From contig JBGPFC010000011.1 of assembly GCA_041483195.1 (NCBI GenBank), positions 1 to 64,000 on the forward strand: DNA of 64,000 nucleotides. Direction: 5' to 3'. The notes below the pieces were generated by a model. That model was given only the letters and a program-made list of their open reading frames with translations, was not told where the DNA came from and did no database searches. Each line of letters begins with the position of its first letter. Within the stretch, counting starts at the first letter, position 1. The DNA comes from Candidatus Eiseniibacteriota bacterium. GTDB lineage: Bacteria; Eisenbacteria; RBG-16-71-46. Of the stretch, positions 16,101 to 22,758 are shown piece after piece. A program made the position numbers and the translations under genes.

Positions 16101-17657
16101 CCCTCTGGCAAGGTGGCGAACTCGCAGTTCGACGACTACAACGCGCTCTCGAACCTGCGCTACCAGTTCACCGAGCGCACCGCGCTCAAGGGCGGCTGGC
16201 AGGTGTACCGGGGGCGCGACATCGGGATCCCGGGGCTCGACATTCGAGTCCCGGGTGAGATCGACGCGTACTCGTTTCCGTTCTACGAGCGCAACTTCGC
16301 GCACCTGACGCTCGACCACGGCTATCGCAGCTCGTGGCTGGCGGGCACCCGGGCGCGGGTGTACTGGCAGCGCGAGCACCGCGACTTCTTCTCCGTCAAC
16401 GAGGTCGCGCGCGCGCAGTTCTACAACGATCCCTACCTGGGACTGAACCCGGTGTTCAACCCGGCGCCGGGCGCGGCGCAGGGCATCGTCCAGCGCCAGG
16501 ACCGCTACTTCGATCTGCGCACCTGGGGCGGACAGCTGCAGCTGACCTCGATCAAGACGAAGTGGACCCGCTTCACCGCCGGGCTCGACGCGGCGCGCGA
16601 CCAGACCGGGGGCGACAACCTGCGGCTCCGCAACTGGCACTACACCTCGATCGGCGGCGCCGACTCGGCCGGTGCGACCAGTACGCGGCGCACCGCCTCG
16701 CTGCCGCGCGGCCGGTTCGCCAACTACGGCGGCTATCTGCAGAGCGAGTGGTACGTGCAGCCGCAGTGGACGCTGTCGGCGGGCGGACGCTACACCCACT
16801 ACCGCTACCGCACCGACTTCGGGCTCAACGCGCCGGCGGCCGGACCTTCGCCCGTCGCCTACTTCCAGCCCAAGTCGGTGGACGACGACGCGGCGAGTGG
16901 CTCGCTGGGATTGGTCTACACCCCGATCCGCGACCTGCACCTCACCGCCAACCTGGCGAACGGCTACCGCGAGCCCAACGCGCAGGACCTGTTCTTCAAC
17001 GGTCCGGGCTCGGTGGGCACGGTGCTCGGCAATCCCGACCTGAAGCCGGAGCGCAGCGTGTCCTACGACCTCGGGCTGCGCTGGGGACCGGGACCGTTCG
17101 CGATCTCGGGCAACGCGTTCTACACCACCTTCGACGATCTGATCAATGCGCTGCCGGTGGCGGCCGGCACCTACCAGTACACCAACATCGCGACCGCGAC
17201 CACCTGGGGCGGCGAGCTGGAAGGCGAGTGGCGCTTCCTGCCGCGCTGGACGGCGCGGAGCTCGATGTCGGGCACGGTGGGCGACATCACCAGCCGCGAG
17301 GCGATCCGCAAGATCTATGGGATCGACATCGACCGCGTGCCGCTGGAGCTGGTGCCGCCGTTCCGGGGCAGCGCCGCGCTGCGCTGGAGCGAAGCGCGCG
17401 ATCGGTTCTGGGTGGAGGGCAGCGCGCGTGGCTCGTGGCGCACCAATCGCCTGCCGCCGCCGATCCCGGGGGTCGGCCAGCTCTCGAGCTTCAAGAGCGA
17501 GTGGCTGGCGGGCGATGTGTTCGCAGGGGCGCGGCTCGGCGCGCAGCGCCTGCTGCTCGGCGTGCGCAACGTGGCCGACCGCCGCTATCGCCAGCCGCTG
17601 GGCTCGCTGGATGAGCCCGGACGCTCGGTGGTGGCCAGCGTCTCGACCGACTTCTGA
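13197..17657 (+). CDS. ccmF: CcmF/NrfE-type cytochrome c heme lyase, with no stop before the in-frame TonB-dependent receptor (CcmF part ~13197..15330)
   Basis: GGAGG RBS before ATG 13197; [41 protein letters not shown] (WWD domain), TRSG...SVHSF, [13 protein letters not shown]. Confidence 0.88.
   Translation: [1486 protein letters not shown]
15423..17657 (+). CDS. TonB-dependent receptor (own RBS and signal peptide; in frame with ccmF), 744 aa
   Basis: GGAGG before ATG 15423; plug motifs LRGL..[49 protein letters not shown]; C-terminal [13 protein letters not shown]. Confidence 0.92.
   Translation: [744 protein letters not shown]
15435..15669 (+). repeat. Right arm of the inverted repeat (partner 1..235)
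   Basis: 233/235 identity to the reverse complement of 1..235; identity starts at codon 5 of both TBDR genes. Confidence 0.93.
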
Positions 17658-18673
17658 TCCGGCGCCGCGGCCGGCCCCCCCACCACCGCGCGGGCCGGCC
17701 GCGGCTCGCCGCTCACCCCCGCCGCGGCGCCCAGCGGGCGCGTGCGCGGCAGGCCGTCGTCGCTCCAGCGCACCGTGCGCTCGGGCTCCGCGGATCCTGC
17801 GTAGTGCGCGATCAAGTCGATGGCCCGCTCCAGATGCGCGTCGTTTCGCGCGCCGCACACCAGCGCGCTCGGTCCCGCGAAATCGTTCGGCTCCACCAGC
17901 CAGCGGCCTCGCGATTCGAAGCGCGCGAGCCGCAGATTCTCGTCATGGTCCCGACCGAGCACGATCTTCAGGTCGCGATTCACCCGCACGTGACGCCCGA
18001 GCGTGAGCAGCGAGAGATCGTCGAGCGAGCTCTCCTCCGCTGGATCGTTCGCGAACAGGTCGCGCAGCCGGGCCGAGAATCGAGCGTCGGTGAGCAGACA
18101 ACCGCCGCCCGGAGCGGTGTGGTGGCGCAGACCGTAATGCGCCGCGAGTCCGAGCTGCTCGGAGCGCGAGCGTCCCGAGATCGCGAGCAGGCGCGAGCGA
18201 TCCACCCATCCACGCCGCTCGGGCTCAGTCTCGGGAAGGAGCCGCGCCGAGAGCGGGCGAAGCAGGAGCCCGTCGAGCCCGGAGTGCCGGTCCACCAGAT
18301 CCAGCGCCTCGCGCGTCTGCGACATGGGACGCTGGCCGAGCACCTCGCCGCTGAAGAGAAATCGCGCGCCGAACTCTTCGAGATACGGCCGGCCCAGCTC
18401 GAACATGAAACGGCGGCAGTCGCGGCACGGGTTCATATTGCGGCCGTAGCCCCACCGCGGATGCCGGAGCAGGCGCAGGAACTCCTCGCCCTTGGGGCGC
18501 GTCACCAGCGTCACGCCGAGCTCGCGCGCGAGCGCGTGGACGTCGCTTCGGCACGAAGTCGGCGATTCGAGATGCAGCGCGACCACGTCGATCCCCTGCT
18601 CGAGCAGGAGTTTCGTCGCGAGCGCCGAATCCAGGCCGCCCGACAGCAGACCCACCGCACGAATCGAAGTCAT
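17585..18673 (-). CDS. ThiI/MnmA-like PP-loop tRNA thiolation enzyme (DUF814-associated type)
   Basis: LLSGGLDS PP-loop; NPCRDCR, GEVLGQRPMSQ, PGGGCLLTD, GRH..KIVLGRD..EN. Confidence 0.82.
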   Translation of the reverse strand: MTSIRAVGLLSGGLDSALATKLLLEQGIDVVALHLESPTSCRSDVHALARELGVTLVTRPKGEEFLRLLRHPRWGYGRNMNPCRDCRRFMFELGRPYLEEFGARFLFSGEVLGQRPMSQTREALDLVDRHSGLDGLLLRPLSARLLPETEPERRGWVDRSRLLAISGRSRSEQLGLAAHYGLRHHTAPGGGCLLTDARFSARLRDLFANDPAEESSLDDLSLLTLGRHVRVNRDLKIVLGRDHDENLRLARFESRGRWLVEPNDFAGPSALVCGARNDAHLERAIDLIAHYAGSAEPERTVRWSDDGLPRTRPLGAAAGVSGEPRPARAVVGGPAAAPDQKSVETLATTERPGSSSEPSGWR

Positions 18674-18891
18674 GAGTGGAGGCGCATCTCCGCCGAGAGA
18701 TTTCGCGAGACCCTGGCGCACGCAGGCGGGGCCACCGTATGGAGCCCTCCGCGCCGAGTCAAGCCTCGCGGGCGCGACGCGCGCGCGGGTTGCGGGCCGC
18801 CCGCGCCGCGGCTACATTCCGCTTCTCGCGACCACGATGACCGTCTCAGCCTCCTTCCGCGGCGTCCTCGCGCCGCACCCGACGAGAGTCC

Positions 18892-19311
18892 ATGACGATC
18901 CCCGCTTTCAGCATCTTCTCCGCCGTGAGTGAGCTGTTCGTCACCGCCGGCGTGATCTACGTCGTTCGCCGCAACTGGACCCGGCGCGCGTTTCCGCTCG
19001 CGGTGTTCCTGGTGATCGCCCTGTTCGAAGCGTTCGTGAACGTGTTTTACATGACCACCAAGAGCGCGCAGGTGGCGAGCGGCCTCTCGACGATCGCCCC
19101 CGGCATGAAGCTCTTCTACGCCGGCCACGGCATCCTCTCGCTCCTCGCGTACCTGATCTTCGTCACGCTCGGCGTGCTCGCGTGGCAGGAACAGCGCGCC
19201 GGCCGGTACTTCTTCCGGGAGCGGCCGGCGGTGACCTGGTCGTTCGCGGTGGTGTGGGCGATCAGCATCGTATCGGGCGAGACCATCTTCGCGCTCCACT
19301 ATCTGGTGTGA
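18892..19311 (+). CDS. 4-TM membrane protein (DUF420-like)
   Basis: Four hydrophobic segments with a conserved-looking FYAGHGILS; first gene of a coupled run. Confidence 0.65.
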   Translation: MTIPAFSIFSAVSELFVTAGVIYVVRRNWTRRAFPLAVFLVIALFEAFVNVFYMTTKSAQVASGLSTIAPGMKLFYAGHGILSLLAYLIFVTLGVLAWQEQRAGRYFFRERPAVTWSFAVVWAISIVSGETIFALHYLV

Positions 19312-19796
19312 CCCCGGAACCTCGCGCGGCCGAGGCGCTCGAGGAGCTGCGTGCGCGCCGGTTGCGGGCACCGCTGCTGGCCGCGCTCTGGATACTGCTC
19401 GGAGTCGAAGGCGTGGGCGGCATCGTCATCTTCACCGCCCGCCTCGCCGCCGGCACGACGCCGGGTGAAACCCTCCACGTGGTCGCGGGGCTGCCGCTCA
19501 CCCTCGTCTTCATCGCGTACCAGTGGCAGCACTGGATGCGCGTGAGACCCTACCGCGCGCAGCTCCACTACATCCTGGGCGTGCTCTCCACGGCGTTCAT
19601 GGCGCTCACGCTGCTCACCGGCCTCGCGCTGGGCGGGTACTGGTGGGAGGGCCGCGAGGCGTCAGCGGCGCACGGCCCGGCGGCCTACCCGCCCGTGCTC
19701 TCCGGAATCCACAACATCGGCAGCATGCTGGTCCTGACCTTCGTCGGCGCGCATCTCGCCGCCGTGCTGATGCGCGACCGCAGTCTCTCACGCTGA
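19308..19796 (+). CDS. Small 4-TM membrane protein with paired His residues (cytochrome b-like)
   Basis: GTG overlapping the upstream TGA; H-x17-H and H-x13-H in TM helices 2 and 4. Confidence 0.6.
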   Translation: MTPEPRAAEALEELRARRLRAPLLAALWILLGVEGVGGIVIFTARLAAGTTPGETLHVVAGLPLTLVFIAYQWQHWMRVRPYRAQLHYILGVLSTAFMALTLLTGLALGGYWWEGREASAAHGPAAYPPVLSGIHNIGSMLVLTFVGAHLAAVLMRDRSLSR

Positions 19797-19807
19797 GGAG
19801 AACCCCC

Positions 19808-20455
19808 ATGGATGCTTCGTCACGGGTCACCGACGAACACTTCCGCTACGTCGCGGCGCGCACCACGCCGGATGACGGTTTTCTCAAGGAGCTGAAGCTC
19901 GCGGCCACCGCGGAGGGAATTCCCTCGATCTGGATCGCCCCGGAGCAGGCCAGCTTCATGCAGATCCTGCTGCGCGCCGCGCGCGTTCGCGAAGTGGTCG
20001 AAGTCGGAACGCTGGCCGGCTACTCGGCGATCGCGATGGCGCGCGCGCTGCCCGAGGGAGGCCGGGTGCGCACCATCGAGCTGAACCCCAGGCACGCGGA
20101 CTTCGCGCGGCGCTGGATCGCGCGCTCGGACGTGGCGGGCCGGGTCGAGGTCGTGGAGGGCGCCGGCATGGACGTCCTGCGGGGGTTCGCGTCCGATTCG
20201 GCGGACGCGGCGTTCCTCGACGCCGACAAGGCGAGCTATCCGCTCTACCTGGGCGAGTGCCTGCGAATCGTTCGACGGGGCGGGCTGGTGATGGCGGACA
20301 ACGCGTTCGCGTTCGGACAGCTGCTCGATCCGAATCCCACCGACGAGGACGTCCCGGCGGTGCGCACGTTCAACGACCTGATGGCGAAGACCCGGGAGCT
20401 GCAGAGCGTGATCGTCCCGATCGGGGACGGGCTGTGGGTGGGCGTCAGGCGCTGA
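19808..20455 (+). CDS. SAM-dependent O-methyltransferase (caffeoyl-CoA OMT/Methyltransf_3 family)
   Basis: GAGGAG RBS; VVEVGTLAGYS, FLDADKASY, GGLVMADN, IGDGL. Confidence 0.92.
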   Translation: MDASSRVTDEHFRYVAARTTPDDGFLKELKLAATAEGIPSIWIAPEQASFMQILLRAARVREVVEVGTLAGYSAIAMARALPEGGRVRTIELNPRHADFARRWIARSDVAGRVEVVEGAGMDVLRGFASDSADAAFLDADKASYPLYLGECLRIVRRGGLVMADNAFAFGQLLDPNPTDEDVPAVRTFNDLMAKTRELQSVIVPIGDGLWVGVRR

Positions 20456-20461
20456 ACGAAA

Positions 20462-20489
20462 CGGCCGCCCGCGCCGAGGCGGGCGGCCG
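20462..20489. terminator. GC-rich hairpin between convergent genes
   Basis: CGGCCGCCCGC-N6-GCGGGCGGCCG, 11-bp stem. Confidence 0.55.
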
Positions 20490-20513
20490 CACGTCACGCG
20501 AGGCGGGCTCGCG

Positions 20514-22523
20514 CTACGCCTCCAGCCAGCGCTTCAGCCAGTCGTTCACCTCGCGATACCAGAGCAGGGAGTTCCTGGGCTTCAGCACCCAGTGGTTCTC
20601 ATCCGGGAAGTAGACGAGCCGCGCCGGAATGCCCTTGGCCTTCAGCACCCCGTAGCACTCGAGCCCCTGCGTCACCGGCACGCGAAAGTCGCGCTCCCCG
20701 TGAATCACGAGCATGGGGGTCTTGAAGCCGGCCGCGAACCGCGAGGGATTCCAGCGGTCGATCGCGTCGAGGCCGTCCCACGGCTCGCCGCCGAACGACT
20801 GCGCGCGTCCCTGGGTCACGTCGCTCGCATACTGCGAGAGCGTGTCGTAGACGCCCGCGTGGTTGACGATGCAGCGGAATCGATCGGTGTGGGCCTCGAT
20901 CCACGACGCCATGTAGCCGCCGTACGATCCGCCCGCCGCTGCCATGCGCTTCTCGTCCACCAGCCCGCTCGCGACCAGCAGGTCGGTGGCCCTGATCACG
21001 TCCTGGTACGGACGATCGCCCCACGCCCCCTGGATGCGCTGCGCGAAATGCTGCCCCCACGACGTCGAGCCCTGGAAGTTCACCAGCGCCGCGACGTACC
21101 CAGGGGCCGCGAACAGCTGCGCGTTCCAGCGCGGGTGGAACTGGTCGCCCGAGATGCCGTGGGGCCCGCCATGAATCACGTGAACCAGCGGGTACTTCTT
21201 CCCAGCCTCGTACCCCGGCGGCATCACGACGAACATCTGCACCGTCTCGCCGTACGCGCCCTCGAACTGCAGCTCGCGCACCTCGCCGGCCGCGAACTGC
21301 GCGGTCGCGGGCGCCGTGAACTGCGTGAGCCGGCGTGGCACGCGGGCGTCGCGGCGGACGCCGTGGATCTCGGCGGGCTCGACCAGCGTCTGGAGCGAGC
21401 AGTAGACGGTGCCGTCGCGCGTGGACGAGGCGCCGGTCGCGGTGCCGCGCTCGGTGAGCGCCACCGGCTCGGCGGAGCCTGGCACGAAGCCGAACAGATC
21501 GACCCGCGCGTCCCGCTCGGCCTCGATCAGCAGCGTGCCGTCGTGCGCGAAGTCCCAGTGCGCCGGCGAGAGCGACCAGTCCTCCAGCAGCGGGGCGTGC
21601 GCCTTCGTCGCGCGGTCGTAGCGCATGAGGCGCACGCGGTCGGCGTAGAAGAACGGATCGTGCTGCATGCCGTACGCTATCCACTTCCCGTCCGGGCTGT
21701 ATCGCGGCCGCATGTCGTCCGCCGGATGATCGGACGTGAGGCAGCTGACCGCCCCGCCCGCGACCGGCACCACGTAGATCGCGGAGCGGATGAGCGCGTC
21801 GTCCCCGCGCACTGAGATGCCGTCGAACGCGATCTCGCGTCCGTCGGGCGAGATGTCGAAGTGGCCGCTCATGTCCATCCACTCGAACCACAGCGTGGAT
21901 TCGGGCGTGAGGTCGCGCAGCGCGCCGCTCGCGATGTCGCACACGAACAGGTGCGGCACCTCGCCGGTCGTGAGCCACGTGTCCCAATAGCGGTAGAGCC
22001 GGTCCTCCGTGACGTGCGCCTTGACCGGGTCCTTCTCGCGGCGCTCGATCTCGGCGGCCGTCGCCTCGGGCGTGAGATGGCCCTTGATGAGCATGGTCCC
22101 GAACACGATCCCGGTGCCGTCGGGCAGCCACTTCGGATCGAACGCGCCGAGCGGCAGATCGGTGAGCCGTTGAGGCTCGCCGCCATCCAGCGGCATGACG
22201 TAGAGCTGGCTCTTGCCCTTGTCGGCCTTGCGCGTGAACGCGAGCCTCCGCCCATCCGGCGCGAAGGCGGGCGAGCCGCTCGAGAACTCGGGAGCCGTGA
22301 GCGGACGCGGCTCACCGCCCTTCGCGGGGACCAGCCAGATGCGGCCCCGCCCCTCGTTCTTCTCAATGTCGTAGGTGGTGACGGGAACCGCGAGCGTCGC
22401 GCCGTCGGGCGATGGCACGGGGGCTCCCACGCGGGGGATCGCCCACAGGTCTTCGGCCGTGAACGGGCGCGGACCCTTGCGCGCGGGATAGAGCACGGTG
22501 GACGGGGTCGTCATGACGGACAT
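20514..22523 (-). CDS. S9 family peptidase (acylaminoacyl/dipeptidyl peptidase) with PD40 propeller
   Basis: GAGGAGG RBS; IHGGPH, GGSYGG nucleophile elbow, HGERDFRVP, FPDENHW. Confidence 0.93.
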   Translation of the reverse strand: MSVMTTPSTVLYPARKGPRPFTAEDLWAIPRVGAPVPSPDGATLAVPVTTYDIEKNEGRGRIWLVPAKGGEPRPLTAPEFSSGSPAFAPDGRRLAFTRKADKGKSQLYVMPLDGGEPQRLTDLPLGAFDPKWLPDGTGIVFGTMLIKGHLTPEATAAEIERREKDPVKAHVTEDRLYRYWDTWLTTGEVPHLFVCDIASGALRDLTPESTLWFEWMDMSGHFDISPDGREIAFDGISVRGDDALIRSAIYVVPVAGGAVSCLTSDHPADDMRPRYSPDGKWIAYGMQHDPFFYADRVRLMRYDRATKAHAPLLEDWSLSPAHWDFAHDGTLLIEAERDARVDLFGFVPGSAEPVALTERGTATGASSTRDGTVYCSLQTLVEPAEIHGVRRDARVPRRLTQFTAPATAQFAAGEVRELQFEGAYGETVQMFVVMPPGYEAGKKYPLVHVIHGGPHGISGDQFHPRWNAQLFAAPGYVAALVNFQGSTSWGQHFAQRIQGAWGDRPYQDVIRATDLLVASGLVDEKRMAAAGGSYGGYMASWIEAHTDRFRCIVNHAGVYDTLSQYASDVTQGRAQSFGGEPWDGLDAIDRWNPSRFAAGFKTPMLVIHGERDFRVPVTQGLECYGVLKAKGIPARLVYFPDENHWVLKPRNSLLWYREVNDWLKRWLEA

Positions 22524-22758
22524 CGGAACCTCCTCGGGGAGTGACTGAACGCAAGCGCAGCGCATTCTATCAGCGCGCGGAACGGGCTGGAAGGAAGCCC
22601 TGCGGGCGCGGTAGACCGCGTGACCGCCGCGTTTCGCCGCGCAAAACCCGGCCTCCATTCGGTCCGCCGGGGCCTGGTCCCTCCGGCGCAAATCGGCCAA
22701 TTACGTTATGCTCCCTCCCGCCAACCGTCGCCCTGGCCTTAAGGAGATCGAATCGACC

